Assembly (NCBI GenBank): GCA_964016885.1
Contig: OZ024751.1
Coordinates: forward strand, 23,870,001 to 23,934,000
Length of the DNA stretch: 64,000 nt
Direction: 5' to 3'
Source: Eledone cirrhosa
Lineage: Eukaryota
The position numbers and the translations under genes are program-made. Position 1 is the first letter of the stretch. The number at the start of each line of letters is the position of its first letter. The notes under the pieces are model-generated. The model ran no database searches. It was not told the DNA's origin and saw nothing but the letters and a program-made list of their open reading frames with translations. Below, piece after piece: positions 13,670 to 26,890 of this stretch.

Positions 13670-14612
13670 GTTTTTTTTTACGGTTTAATATGAATATTGG
13701 GCACAAAACCCCAATAAGCGGTTATTTAACCCCGAAGGGCCAAATAACGGGCAGAAAGACCCCTCTCACGAGGAGGAGCGTGTTTTTATCTACAATTTGG
13801 TTCAAGTTTTAAACAATTTACAATTGTTATAGCGGTTAAAAATTACTATACCTTACAGAGCCGAGCCTCCGTCAACCATGGCATTCAATAATAATAATAA
13901 TATTAATAATAATAATAAGAAAAAGAAGATGAACAACAACAACAACAGCAGTAGCAGTAACAACAACAACAACAACAAGTGTATTTATGTAATTGTAATA
14001 GTGTTTTCTCTCATTAGGCATGCCTGACATGGAAATATGAAAAAAATAATTACATGATAATCAAGCTATATCTCAACTAGATATACACTAGAGAAAAAGT
14101 TATTTTATTTAAACATATTTCAATTACAATCTGCGTATGTTTCCAATGTTCTTAAAATATTTGCTTTTGGTATTTACTAATGTCACAAATTTTATACGGG
14201 AATAAAATTGAATTTCATGCATTTATTTTGATATTCAAAATTCAATAGCAACGCATGAAATTATTTTGGTGATTTAACCGATGGCTTAGCTAAACTGGGG
14301 ACCCCCACACACACACGCACACACAAAGAGACACACAAAGAGACGCACTCAAAGACGCACACACAGAAACACACACACACACATCTATACATATATATAT
14401 ATTTAAAAATAACAGATTAAAGTTTAAGCAAAGAATCGCTGCTTTCACGCTTAACGGGATCTTTTGATTTTAGTCTTCACATTTTTTTTATTACTATACA
14501 CACACACATATATATATATATATAGTTTAGAGTAGAGTAAATAGTAACCAACTTCGTAAGGTTGGTGTTTTTATACGATTATATAACATTCAGCTCTTAA
14601 AACATTGTTTTT

Positions 14613-15752
14613 TTAAATAGCATAAATTATTACAATAAGTAAGGTTGCCAAAAACAAAGTAATAATTAGAACAAGAGAAACCCTGTTAAGTTGTACATAA
14701 TTTAGAGATATTCTTCCATACTTTTTAGACGTTGGCTTTAGCTCATTGCGAGTGGGTTTATCATTTTCCTCGCCCGGGTTATCTCTGAGTTGGTTCTCAC
14801 TTTTGTTTAATATTGAGTCCTGATAGAGCCGGCAAATAAAGATAGATCCGATACAGGAAAAACTGCTGACAGCCGTCAGCAAAATTATGTAGATTAGATA
14901 AAGTGGTGTAGCTGACTCATTAACGGATATTGTTTTGCCAGATTCAACAAGATATAGAATATTGCTGAGGAAAAGTGTAGTCGAAAATGTAACCTTCTCA
15001 CCGCTCTCTGCTGGCAAGAGGAACACACATACTGTAAGTAAGGACAACAATACAATCCCAACTAGTATTGAAGCATTATTTGCAGAAGAGGTTTGTTTTA
15101 AAATAATATTTAGCGAGTATCCGTCTGTGATGTTTTGTTCAGTAAGTTTGCGACCGTTTAGTTTGACATCCCAAATAGTCGTCCATATATCAGACACATT
15201 AACTAATGCTACATTTGCAAGTTGAATATCTGGAGTAATTTCATTAGATAGCCAGATGGTTATGTTACAGGTATGGTCTGAGAAAGGATATTTGTAAAAG
15301 TCTATGGAACAATATGTGCGAAGAATCATTCGAACAAAATAAGTAGCTCTTCCATCGTGCCTTATTGTAATGTAACCACCATAAGATGAATAGTCATTAA
15401 TTTTCTCAGCGTTGCTTACCAATATTAATGGCGCCCAAATAGAATCTACTTGAAAATGGACGTTTGTCAAATTGTCAAATTTACTGGGATCCCAGCAAAG
15501 ATATTCGTCTCTCCAATTTATTTGTATAATTAGTTTACTGTGTAAAAGGCCTTCATATATATCCAGGTCGTATATAACAATTGATGTGAAAGTTAAATCA
15601 ATTTTAAATATTTCATTGACATTTCGTATAGGGCGCACATCCTTATTATAACCGTGCAGAAGCTTTTTTCTTAAAAGGCGGTCAGTTAAATAAAAACCTC
15701 CAGACACATGCCGTATGTATATGAATAGAAATATAATGTTACCGATATTCAT
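14613..15752 (-). CDS. Chemotactile-receptor-like Cys-loop ion channel subunit, copy 2 (divergent)
   Basis: 379 aa with signal peptide, YNKDVRP, WRDEYLCW, WAP, Cys-loop CSIDFYKYPFSDHTC, AESGEK-M2 and four TM segments. No vicinal cysteines. Confidence 0.9.
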   Translation of the reverse strand: MNIGNIIFLFIYIRHVSGGFYLTDRLLRKKLLHGYNKDVRPIRNVNEIFKIDLTFTSIVIYDLDIYEGLLHSKLIIQINWRDEYLCWDPSKFDNLTNVHFQVDSIWAPLILVSNAEKINDYSSYGGYITIRHDGRATYFVRMILRTYCSIDFYKYPFSDHTCNITIWLSNEITPDIQLANVALVNVSDIWTTIWDVKLNGRKLTEQNITDGYSLNIILKQTSSANNASILVGIVLLSLLTVCVFLLPAESGEKVTFSTTLFLSNILYLVESGKTISVNESATPLYLIYIILLTAVSSFSCIGSIFICRLYQDSILNKSENQLRDNPGEENDKPTRNELKPTSKKYGRISLNYVQLNRVSLVLIITLFLATLLIVIIYAI

Positions 15753-15776
15753 AGTGGTGTAGTGAACTAAGACAGC

Positions 15777-15795
15777 CTGAAACGAAAATAACAGT
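15777..15795 (-). promoter_or_regulatory. Putative splice acceptor of a 5'-UTR intron, copy 2
   Basis: Minus strand ttattttcgtttcAG, about 24 nt upstream of the ATG. Confidence 0.55.
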
Positions 15796-16090
15796 GTTTA
15801 AAATACTGTAAACATTATTTGTTGATTCGCAGAATATTGGCAAAATTTTATACTTGAAAATATGTTAAATATATGTTAGTCACCAGGCATATAAGTATAA
15901 ATATAAATTAATGATTGAATAAATCGTATAAAGTATCCTTGGTGGTGGAAAGGATAAATATATATCAAATATATAAGAACCGTAGAGCAAATATTTATTA
16001 AAATAACAGATTAAATTTAAGTAAAGAATCACTGCTTTCACCTTTAACGGGATCTTCTGAAACTAAAAAAATCAATCTGTGAACGCAGAA

Positions 16091-16402
16091 GTAAATATTT
16101 CAAAAATCGTTGCAACCGAAGGAAGACAGGAAGACGATACATTGGTTCGTGGAAACGTTCCCTAGCAAAGAACGAAAAAACGAAGATGATACGTCATTAT
16201 TTGGAGTGGTGAAAACAATTACACGCAAAGACAAAACCACGTTTATGGTATAAATGAAGTCGTAGACTAATATTGTTTTCACCGCTCCAAATAATGACGT
16301 ATCATCTTCGTTTTTTTTCGTTCTTTGCCAGCGAACGTTTCCACGAACCAATGTATCGTATTCCTGTCTTCCTTCGGTTGCAACGTTTTTTGAAATATTT
16401 AC
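16091..16402. mobile_element. MITE-like palindromic element (~130-bp arms, ~50-bp spacer)
   Basis: gtaaatatttcaaaaatcgttgcaaccgaagg... pairs with ...ccttcggttgcaacgttttttgaaatatttac. Confidence 0.7.
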
Positions 16403-16813
16403 CAGTCTACGGAACAGGTTTGATTTTGAAATTTAAATTTGTCCAAGCACCACGGCCATTTGCCAATATACTTTGTTTTTATTGATTTATTATTTTAAAT
16501 CGAGACAGGCAAACTGTATTATTATAATTAGTATTTTTCAATCTAGCTAACTTAGTCATTTACAATACAAACATGGATATGTTGGTATTTGTGTTTATCA
16601 AATATATTAATTTATATTAACTTGTATTACACGGATCAGAAATACTTTTTTCTTTGAGCTATTTCATTGTAAAGGACTACCTGAGATTTGAACTCATTAT
16701 TAATAGTATATATATATATATCTATACATATTAATATATATATATACACACACATATATATATATATATATGATCATACATATATATCTATACATATTAA
16801 TATATATATACAT

Positions 16814-16854
<41 letters not shown>

Positions 16855-16972
16855 TAAAATAACAGATCTGTTATTTTAATAAATATTTGCTCTACTGTTC
16901 TCATATATTTGATATATACTTATCCTTATCGAGCCCTCTTTGGATTTTCGTCTTGAAATTTATTATTATTAC

Positions 16973-17013
<41 letters not shown>

Positions 17014-17262
17014 TATATATATATATCAAATATAAGTTATGCAACGATAAAGCATTAGGGGAAATGTAAATTCGACCTCTGTAGAATTATGATATAAAGT
17101 TGATATGCATTAAAGTATTTGCTTTCATATTGCATTTGTGGATGTATGAATAAACTGAAATGTTTATAAATGCAACTGGAAGCATTATATTGCAACGGAT
17201 AATATAAGCAGTTATAGTCTAGTACTTTTCTTTCCCTAGCTGCTCTGAATGTTTTTATTTTT

Positions 17263-17319
<57 letters not shown>

Positions 17320-17592
17320 CCTTCCATTAAATCAAGAAATTCTCATGTCTCATATATATTTATATATAGATAGTTAAATTCAATACTACAACCAAGACAT
17401 AACATGGACTGAGTAGTATACACCATTGATATATTTACTAAATTTATATACATATATATATATAGGAACGAGTAGGACCCCGACGGCTGAGCTCAAGCCG
17501 TTTCGACGGCTAATTCTGGACACTCTACTACCCTAAGTATTGAGTACTTTGGTGCGTTATTGTCCACCTGGTTCCTTACCACATTTCCTTCG

Positions 17593-17655
<63 letters not shown>

Positions 17656-17879
17656 GAGAGAGAGAGAGAGAGATAGGGGGGTGGGTGAGAGACAGGCTAC
17701 ATATACCATGATATATTAGATTATATATCATGGTATATGTAGCCCTCTCTCTGTCTGTCTCTTTCTCTATCTCTCTTCTTATCTCTCTCTCTCTCTTACA
17801 TTATATATCAAAATGCAAAAATACAATTTCGAAGAGCTGAGGACAGTGATGATCTGCGTATACGTACGCACACACATTA

Positions 17880-17986
<107 letters not shown>

Positions 17987-18027
17987 ATGGTATTAATAAA
18001 TGGAAACTATATTTATAAAAGCATATT

Positions 18028-18088
18028 TATTCTATTATATATATTTCAAGGGTACCAAAACTCTGGTACGCCCTCATCAGATAAAATA
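18028..18088 (-). ncRNA. Type I hammerhead ribozyme motif (family B)
   Basis: TATTTTAT-CTGATGA-GGGCGTACCA/TGGTACCCTT-GAAA-TATAT-ATA^-ATAGAATA. Confidence 0.7.
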
Positions 18089-18198
18089 CAAGTTTGTTTT
18101 ATAAATAATGACATACCCACGAATCAGAGATCCAAACGGAACTTGAACCGTTAAGGTCTGATTCCTGGGTATGTCACTATTTAAAAAAACAAACTTTG

Positions 18199-18259
18199 TA
18201 TTTTATCTGATGAGAGCGTACGAAAGTTTTGGTACCCTTGAAATATATATAATAGAATA
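18199..18259 (+). ncRNA. Type I hammerhead ribozyme motif (family B, inverted partner)
   Basis: CTGATGA 18207-18213, GAAA 18240-18243, AUA site, stem I TATTTTAT/ATAGAATA. Confidence 0.65.
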
Positions 18260-18386
18260 AATATGGTTTTATAAATATAGTTTCCAGTTATTAATATCAT
18301 TGATATTATACTTCAGAAACTTGTCGAGTGTTTCGAATCTGTTATAAATATATTTGTTGAATAAACCAACGAATTAAATATCCCTT

Positions 18387-18442
<56 letters not shown>

Positions 18443-18447
<5 letters not shown>

Positions 18448-18990
18448 TGTTTTTACTTTTAGCACAAGGCCAGCAATTACCCACTGCATTACTGGTAATG
18501 GTTTCTTATATAGGCACAAGGCCAGCATCTTTGGGGGAGGGCGAAGTCGATTAGATCGACGCCAGTACATTACTGGTACTTTAGTTTATCGACCCCGTAA
18601 GGATGAAAGGCAAAGTTAACCTCGGCGAAATTTGAACTTAGACCGTAAAGGGACGTAACTGTGCTGCAAAGCATGGCGTCCGACCCTCTACCGATACTAC
18701 CAATCCACAATAATAATTGTTTCTACTTTAGGCACCATACCAGCAATTATCTCATTGCATTACAGAGCATTAAAGGAGGTAACTCTATGTTGCGAAGCAT
18801 TTCGGTCGATGCTTTACCAGTACTACCAATCTACGTCCCTAATTTAACAATAATTGTTTCTACATTTGACACAAGGTGAGCAATTACCCCAATGAATTTC
18901 TGGTGCTTTATTTTGTCAACCCCGTAATGATGAAAGGCAAAGTTAACCTCAGCACGTAAAGGGCCATGACTCTATGTCTGAAGCTCTACC
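18443..18990 (-). mobile_element. Nested stack of SINE copies and fragments
   Basis: At least four starts of the ataattgtttctactttaggcacaagg-type end, each next to an (AAT) tail. Confidence 0.75.
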
Positions 18991-19076
18991 GATATTAAGG
19001 ATAATGAAATGAAGAAAATAATTTTAGAAATTAAGCCGATAAAGAAAACTTAATGATAAAAACACGGACTGTTTCA

Positions 19077-19196
19077 ATGACTATCAAAATAGGGTCATAA
19101 TTATCAAAATAGGCTCATGACTGTCAAAATAGGATCAGGAATATCAAATAAGGGTCATGGTTATTAGATTAGGGTCACGATTATCAAATTAGCGTC
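19077..19196. repeat. 20-bp minisatellite, about 6 degenerate units
   Basis: Consensus atgactatcaaaatagggtc. Confidence 0.8.
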
Positions 19197-19435
19197 GACA
19201 TGAATATGTAAGTGATAAACTAAAGTAAATATTGAAACAAAACTGCAAAAGAATTGACAAATTTTAAACTGTATCAACCGAACGCTGGAAAAGATTGCAT
19301 GTATAGCAAAGGAAAGATATTGGATGTAAAGTGTGGTGTTTAAATGCTAAGGGAAGAAATAGAGACGAATCGAAGCTGGGGTAGTATAATGTAACATATA
19401 TTGGCTATATATCAAAGAAAAACTAATATGACCAA

Positions 19436-19720
19436 CTATAAGGATGGTGAGGTGCGAAGGGTATAGAGGAGCTTCGGCATGGTGAAGCAGTTCCTCAACA
19501 GGAAGAGAGCTGGGTGGCCGTCGATCAAGCCCAGTCGGCTCTTGAGGGTCGGGAGTTGTTGGAGCCTGGACCTGATGGTGGAGCGGATAGCCGGCGGGTG
19601 GATCGGTGACCCGAGGATGAGGACATCCTCTTTGGGGATCACCTGTACCTGCTGGAGAATGGACCACACGTCCGAGACGGAGGCGGCAAAGCTCTCAGTA
19701 TCGTGGATGTTCAGAAATTA
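19436..19720 (-). mobile_element. CRE-like non-LTR retrotransposon fragment (RT thumb region)
   Basis: GC-rich island translating to LILGSPI...HPALFLLRNCFTMPKLLYTLRTSP. Confidence 0.6.
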
Positions 19721-20564
19721 AGAGAAGAGAAAATAATGATTTCAAATTTAGGCACGAGTCCATACAGTTGTGGGGAAGAGATTGTAGATTATATAGATCA
19801 AGAATTTCAATATTACTTTATTTTATCGACCTCGGTGGGATTTGAACTCAGAACGTAAAGTGGCAGAACGAAGACAGCGATTCTGCTAATCCATCCGCAG
19901 AAGGAAAATTATAAAACAAAAAACAATAACATCGCTTAAAAACTCTTAAAATAAATGTGATGAGGAAGGTATGTATAGACCCGTAGTTGCTGATGGAATT
20001 GTAGCCGTACTTTAAACCTGGAGGAGCTCACCTCCTCTGCAGGTCTGAACAGCAACCTCCTCCATAGAAAACACGAGAGAAAGAGAGAGAGTAACAGAGA
20101 GAGAGAGAAAGAGTAAACATCGATTCCATTAAGAGACAGGTATGTTTTATAGACCATGAATGAATTAAAGGCGATATTGACCTAGGATGGTACAAATATT
20201 GCGAATTCATTCTATCCGAAGTTTCAAGACTTTGCCAGTTGGCCACCTATGTAATGACGAATAAATAAATGAAAAACAAAATTAAGACAAAAATTCGAAG
20301 AGGAATCGCAAATGAGAATAAAATATAATGAAATAAAGAAATCGTTATATTACTATTTAAATGCCTAGTTTCAGTTTTGTCTTTGTCTTTCTTCCTCTTA
20401 TCAGTTACTTCTTGCTTCCCTGTAAAGTCGCCTTCTTATAACAATTTCATATGTGGGTTTTTCAATGACGTATTATGTTGCAAGTAGAATAAGTGCAACA
20501 ACTCCACGAGGTCTGCTTCTTCGTTTGCTCATAGTATCATAATATCACTCTACCATTTATATAT

Positions 20565-20609
<45 letters not shown>

Positions 20610-21333
20610 CTCATATATATAAGTATGTATGTATGTATATATGTATGTACGTGTGTATGTATTTATGTGTAAAGAGAGGAATAAAAAGGGAGAAAACATA
20701 AGCAATACAGAGACAATCGTTAAGTGGTTAGGATCAGTTAAACGAGCAGAATTCATGTAGATGTCAATACGTTAATTAAACGGCTTCTCAACAAATGATA
20801 TAATTAAATAATAAATTATATATGTATATGTTGATGCTCTTAGTAACAGATATAATCGATGAAGTTATTCTGAGTTAAGTCGATTGAAAATTACGTAGCT
20901 GAGTAATTTCTGACACACCCATGTGAAGGGTTGAACAAATGCATAGTTGATTAACTTGAAAATAGCTTGAGGATTTCTCGAGCACTCCACTGTATTTGAT
21001 AAGGTTTCCTATCTACACATGTAAATGTTAAATTACAACTAGTTACACCCAACGTAGTTATATTAATAATATCGATTACTTGTTGTACTAATGGCAGTTT
21101 GTAACTAAATATTCACTCCTTGAACGTCGGTCGTTGATTTATCTGTTAGAAATAACAACGAAATTCCCCACAGGTCATATCTAATTGTATTTGTTATGGA
21201 AGGAATGATATATTTTACAGTTGATCGCCTTTGATTAAACTAATTAGCATCGTTATCGATTATTTGGAAGGTGAAGGCTGCTTTTTTTAACAAAATGGGA
21301 CATCGACCTTGACTATTACATAACTATTAATAG

Positions 21334-22138
21334 ATAATTGTTTCTACTTTAGGCACAAGGCCAGTAATTACCCAGTGCATTACTGGTACTTTATTTTATC
21401 GACCCCGTAAGGATGAAAGGCAAAGTCAACCTCAGCGGGATTTGAACTCAGATCGTAAAGGGACGTAACTATGCTGGAAAGCATGGCGTATTAATAGATA
21501 ATCATTAAAAAATATAAATGCAAAATTATTTAATTTTGGCATATACAAATAATTGTGCATGTTATTTATTTATGGGGGGCAAGGTCAACGCTTTTTGAGA
21601 AGTCAACAGCCATTTATATTAATCGTAGATTCTTAGTCCTGCATCTCTCAATGATTTTTCGACAATTAAAATATATCCAACTGTAGATCAGCTCTGTATG
21701 ACACGAGATGTCATCGCCTTGGCCTACCGTCATGTATAGCGCGTTAGAGTAGAAAACAACCCGAGCGAGCAAACGGGACAACACAATTATGATGATTAAT
21801 CGTTCGTTTAAAATCATTATACGAACTAGCAGAAAAATCACCCTCTTGTGGTTTTCTGCTAGCATGTGTAGTGTGTATATTGATATTATACGGAGGTATA
21901 TATATATATATATATATACATGTAGATATGATATATCAAATTAAAACGTAATTGTTTCTACTATTGGCACAAGGCCAGCAAATACCCAGTGCATTACTGG
22001 TACTTTATTTTATCGACCCCGTAAGGATGAAAGGCAAAGTTAACCTCGGCGGGATTTGAACTCAGAATGGCAAGGGCCGTAACTCTATGCGTCAAAGCAT
22101 GGCGTCCGACCCTCTACAAATACTGCCAATCTACCGCA
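21334..22138 (-). mobile_element. Two SINE copies (21334-21490, 21948-22138)
   Basis: Same family consensus. Confidence 0.8.
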
Positions 22139-23400
22139 AATAAAATCGTAATTGTCAATACATAATACACAGAAATTGAACGAAGACTGCGTTACACTGC
22201 TCTTATGTAATCAGTAAAGTAATCCATGATACATTAAAAAAAGACGATATTATATATAAACTGCATTGGGAGAAAATTAGTGACGGAAAATTAGTATGTT
22301 TATTTAAGCGATCGCCACCAGAAGTGTTGACATTTCAGAAATTTTAAAGAAGTGATTCTTTAAATAAACAAAATATATTTAATGAACCGCCACGAAATTT
22401 AGTAGATAAATTATGTAATATTCATTCATTATTTATTCAAAGTAATCCAACTTATTTTACAAACGGGATAAAAAAAAAATAAACGGTACGCAATCCCGCA
22501 GCCCTTCCTTTATTATAGTTTAGATTTTAAATTGATTTAGTCTATACAAGATATTCCAAAAATGAAAATCAAGTTAATTTCTCATATGGCACAACCACCG
22601 AGTTGTTATACTATGTGGAAAAAATCAGATAATAGGCTAATAATAAAGATACCATAAAGCATATGGTGCAGTATTGGGAAAATAATTGTCTTTCAGTTTA
22701 ACTCTCTTAAAAGCGAGAAAGTGTCTCCTAGAGGCTGTTAAGATAATGTATGGACTGAAGGTAGCGTAACAGATGAAAAACATTGTAAATCAGATAACTC
22801 ATTTGTAAATTTGAAAGGTTTATGGAGTAAATTTGACGTGTATTTTCCTTAGTTTACCAAACCTTTGTCAGTTGCAAACATTTGTAAAGCACTTAAACTC
22901 GTTATTAGCTTGCAAAGTTTCAGATATTACAAGAGTGGAAGAACAATTTGGAATGTATATTTCTGTTCAAATTCTCCGGGCTGATTTGTACACAATTATA
23001 TTCTAGATGACAGCAGGCTTGTGTTTCCTAATTTATTTCAGCAATAACAAAGAAGATAACGACAATGACGAAAACTACAACCACAGCACCCTGAACAGCA
23101 ATACATATACCTAAACGAGTTGTATTTTCATTTACACGGACAAGCCCTAAAACAGAAAACAAATTTTGCCGTAGTTTTCTTGAACATTTGTTATTACGAA
23201 TGACGAGTACTGGTGGGTGTAAAATGTGTAAACACAACCTATGTACCTTTTGTTACATATCTGGATCATTTGTAACAGCAGATTTTGTTGGAATCGCATA
23301 TTTCGCAGGTTTTGATGTAAGATTGTGTAATCAAGAAACACTGTTGACTTCTAATTCTGTCTAACAAAAGTGTGGGGTAATTCACAGTTAATGGACCAAT

Positions 23401-23495
<95 letters not shown>

Positions 23496-24643
23496 TTTTG
23501 GTGTACTAATAGTTTGGAGAGATTAAAAAATATTCAGTGCTACATTGGTTAAATATTTACGGATTATATATCATATCCACAGATAGATATCTACCTAGCA
23601 ATAGTATACATGACATTTTTCCTTACCTTTTTCTGACTTAAATGACTTAGCTAGTAAGTTTGCATGTCACTCATACATAAAAAACTGATCAACATCATAC
23701 ACTTACAGCTTTGATGGCAGGAACAGGTGCACATACATATGTTTGAAAAAAAACTAATGAGGTCTGGAATTCCAGCGACCCGAGGTTCCGGGTTAGGTAT
23801 AGTGGTTAGTGCAGCTCCTAGACATGTATACAGTCAGGGTAGTTGGCGAAAAAGATACGATTGGGTTAGGAATTATTAACTTGAGACACTTTGTGAGGAG
23901 AAAAAATTAATGTAATAGCAATAGGGGCGACAGTGATAGGATACATCAGGTTTAGATGCCTGATGCTATGTAGTGGCGAGCGCATTCAGGGCATCAAGTC
24001 GAATCTTTTATAATCACACGTTAATCATTTCAATTTCAAACGTAATGAAGCATCTTGTCCCTTTCGTAACAGATTTCACTCCCTGAATGGCACTGTAGTC
24101 TATTACAATATTTATGCCCATGCTACGATTCAAAGAGAGGTTTACAAAAGAATGAAGTAAAATAATTCCAATCAATAATTTCTATACTATTTTGTTATCG
24201 ATTTCTAGTATCCTGTGAGTTCATAATATCGAAATTATAGAAAACAAAAAAAAAATGGAGTAAAATTGAAGTTGAGAGGGAGAGGGATTTAAACAGGACA
24301 AACGTCATCGGTAAGGCCACAGAATGCGTGGGGAAAGTAGTTTGAAAAATATTCAATTCATTAATCAAATAATCAAGAAATCATTAATTAAATAATCGAA
24401 TAATTAATTAGTTAGTTAATTGGTTGAATTACTAACAGATTTAAGGATTAATTACCAGATAAATAATTTTAAAGGCTGAACTAAAACTCAGAAAGTGCGT
24501 GGATTTTAATTGGCAGCATACCGCACCCAAATTACAAGAATATCTATTTTAGCATCCATCAGGAATTTTACAAAACAAATCCGAACACGAAAGTATAGTG
24601 GTTAAGTAGGAGATTACATTGTCATTAACAGAATGTAAACGAT

Positions 24644-24985
24644 TTATTTACAATCAGGTTGGCTGCTGTTTAAACGTTCGATATGTTTTAACCTTGGTCT
24701 TCCACTTCCAGTGTGTCCACGCAGGGGTTCCCACAGAAGCACTGAGTCATGTGTCAACTCTGAATGTCGGTGAGCATGTCTAGCTAACCCCAGTCTCCTC
24801 TGTGCAACTCTCGAGCTGACTTTTGGGAGGCTCCCGTACAGCTCTGAGTTCTTCATCCTCAGTGTATACTGATTAATGTTCAGAGCCATCCTCAGCATTC
24901 TCGTGTAGTACCCACCCACTATCTGACGGAGTTTTTTGGTCAGTGTCAAAGTCTCAGACACGTACAGCAGCACAGACTCCACTAC
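24644..24985 (-). mobile_element. RTE-clade LINE fragment (C-terminal ORF region)
   Basis: ESVLLYVSETLTLTK...RMLR...RRLGLARHAHR...LLWEP...GRPR. Confidence 0.75.
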
Positions 24986-24989
24986 AGCG

Positions 24990-25367
24990 CATTACTGGTA
25001 CTTTATTTTATCGACCACGTAAGGATGAAAGTCAAAGTCAACCTCGGCGGGATTTGACCTCAGATCGAAAAGGGACGTATTCTATGCTGGAAAGCATGGC
25101 GTCCGACCCTCTACCGATACTGCCAATCCACTAATAAAAGGCATGCATGCTGGGAACAGCAAGAACCTCCAATACGCCCTGAATGTCTGCGGCGGCAGGT
25201 AGCGACTTGGTATTCATTTCAACAAACTTTCCAGTTAAATAATAATAATAATAATAATTGATTCTACTTTAGGCACAAGGCCAGCAATTATCCAGTGCAT
25301 TACTGGTACTTTATTTTATCGACCCCGTAAGGATGAAAGGAAAAGTCAACCTCGGCGGGATTTGAAC
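24990..25367 (-). mobile_element. SINE fragments (24990-25131, 25255-25367)
   Basis: Same family core. Confidence 0.75.
25136..25258 (+). mobile_element. Second, shorter R4/Dong-like 3' fragment with (TAA)n tail
   Basis: Homologous to 26497-26600 (aaaaggcatgc...ggaacagcaagaac...actttccagttaa). Confidence 0.65.
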
Positions 25368-25391
25368 TGGTTCCTTACCACATTTCCTTCG

Positions 25392-25499
<108 letters not shown>

Positions 25500-25500
25500 G

Positions 25501-25692
25501 TAACGAAGGAAATGTGGTAAGGAACCAGGTGGACCATAACGCACCAAAGTACTCAATACTTGGGGTAGTAGAGTGGGTAATAGGAACCAGTAAGACCCCG
25601 ACGGCTGAGCTCAAGCCGTTTCGACTGCTAATTCTGTCCAGAATTAGCCGTCGAAACGGCTTGAGCTCAGCCGTCGGGGTCTTACTGGTTCC

Positions 25693-25723
<31 letters not shown>

Positions 25724-25754
25724 ATACATATATGTGTGTATATATATATATACA

Positions 25755-25818
<64 letters not shown>

Positions 25819-25847
25819 TGTATATATATATACACACATATATGTAT

Positions 25848-25900
<53 letters not shown>

Positions 25901-26104
25901 ACGAAGGAAATGTGGTAAGGAACCAGATGGACCATAACGCACCAGCGTACTCAATACTTAGGGTAGTAGAGTGGGTAATAGGAAAAAGTATGAACCCGAC
26001 GGCAGAGCTCAAGCCGTTTCGTCAGCTTTTTCTGAACTGAAATAGTCCAGAAATAGCCGTCAAAACGGCTTGAGCTCTGCCGTCGGGGGTCATACTTTTT
26101 CCTA
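25501..26104 (-). mobile_element. Two family A fold-back elements (25501-25694, 25899-26104)
   Basis: Same structure. Other copies at 488-621, 17463-17595, 25367-25394, 30792-30969, 37528-37645, 46582-46625, 56966-57104, 61848-62028. Confidence 0.8.
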
Positions 26105-26195
26105 TATATATAAATATATAGTTTCAGAATATCCCTCGGTGTCAGGAAGACACTCAGCATATATCTCAGAAACAATAATGAAAGAAAATAAAACG

Positions 26196-26262
<67 letters not shown>

Positions 26263-26637
26263 AAAAAGATCGTGCCTGATTGTGGATGTGGCCTGCCCGT
26301 TCGACACGAGAGTGCAAGAGAAGGAGAGGGAGAAAATTAACCGATACCAGGACCTAAAGTGGGAGGTGAAAAGGATTTGGAACTGCCATGAAGTCAAAGT
26401 GATCCCGATTGTCATAGGCGCACTGGGGACTATCTCCAAAAGTTTCCAGGGATGGTTAAAGAAAATCGGCCCCTTCACGCTTTTTGGAACGCTTCAAAAG
26501 GCATGCTTGCTTGGAACAGCAAGAACCCTCCGATACGTCCTGAATATCTGAGGCTGCAGGTAGTGGCTTGATATTCAATCCAACGGACTTTCCAGTTAAC
26601 CAACATCAATGACTGAGATTCAAGGAATAACAATAAC

Positions 26638-26680
<43 letters not shown>
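26263..26680 (+). mobile_element. R4/Dong-clade LINE 3' end (restriction-like endonuclease C-terminus) within (AAT)n
   Basis: DVACPFD...EKINRYQDLKWEVKRIW...IPIVIGALG...LQKACLLGTARTLR; (aat)n on both sides. Confidence 0.75.
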
Positions 26681-26848
26681 TTTCTTATTTAGGCACAAGG
26701 CCAGCAATTTGGGGGAGGGTAAATGTCGATTAAAATCGACTTCAGTGCATGACTGGTACTTTATTTTATCGACCCCGTAAAGAGGAAAGGCAGAGTTAAC
26801 CTCGGCGGGATTTGAACTCAGACCGTAAAGCATGGCGTCCGACCCTCT

Positions 26849-26850
<2 letters not shown>
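26678..26850 (-). mobile_element. SINE copy
   Basis: Same family core and B-box. Confidence 0.75.

Positions 26851-26890
<40 letters not shown>

Larger units (their letters stand above)
7881..13886 (-). mobile_element. Near full-length, decayed Tx1/L1-clade non-LTR retrotransposon (ORF1 plus APE-RT-zinc finger ORF2)
   Basis: GC-rich ~6 kb block. 3' end has AATAAA plus an (AAT)n tail on the minus strand at about 7881-7906. Flanked on both sides by plus-strand (AAT)n. Confidence 0.9.

Noticed and set aside
19077-19196. 20-bp periodic repeat as a CRISPR-like array
   Set aside because: No unique spacers and eukaryotic context; an ordinary minisatellite.
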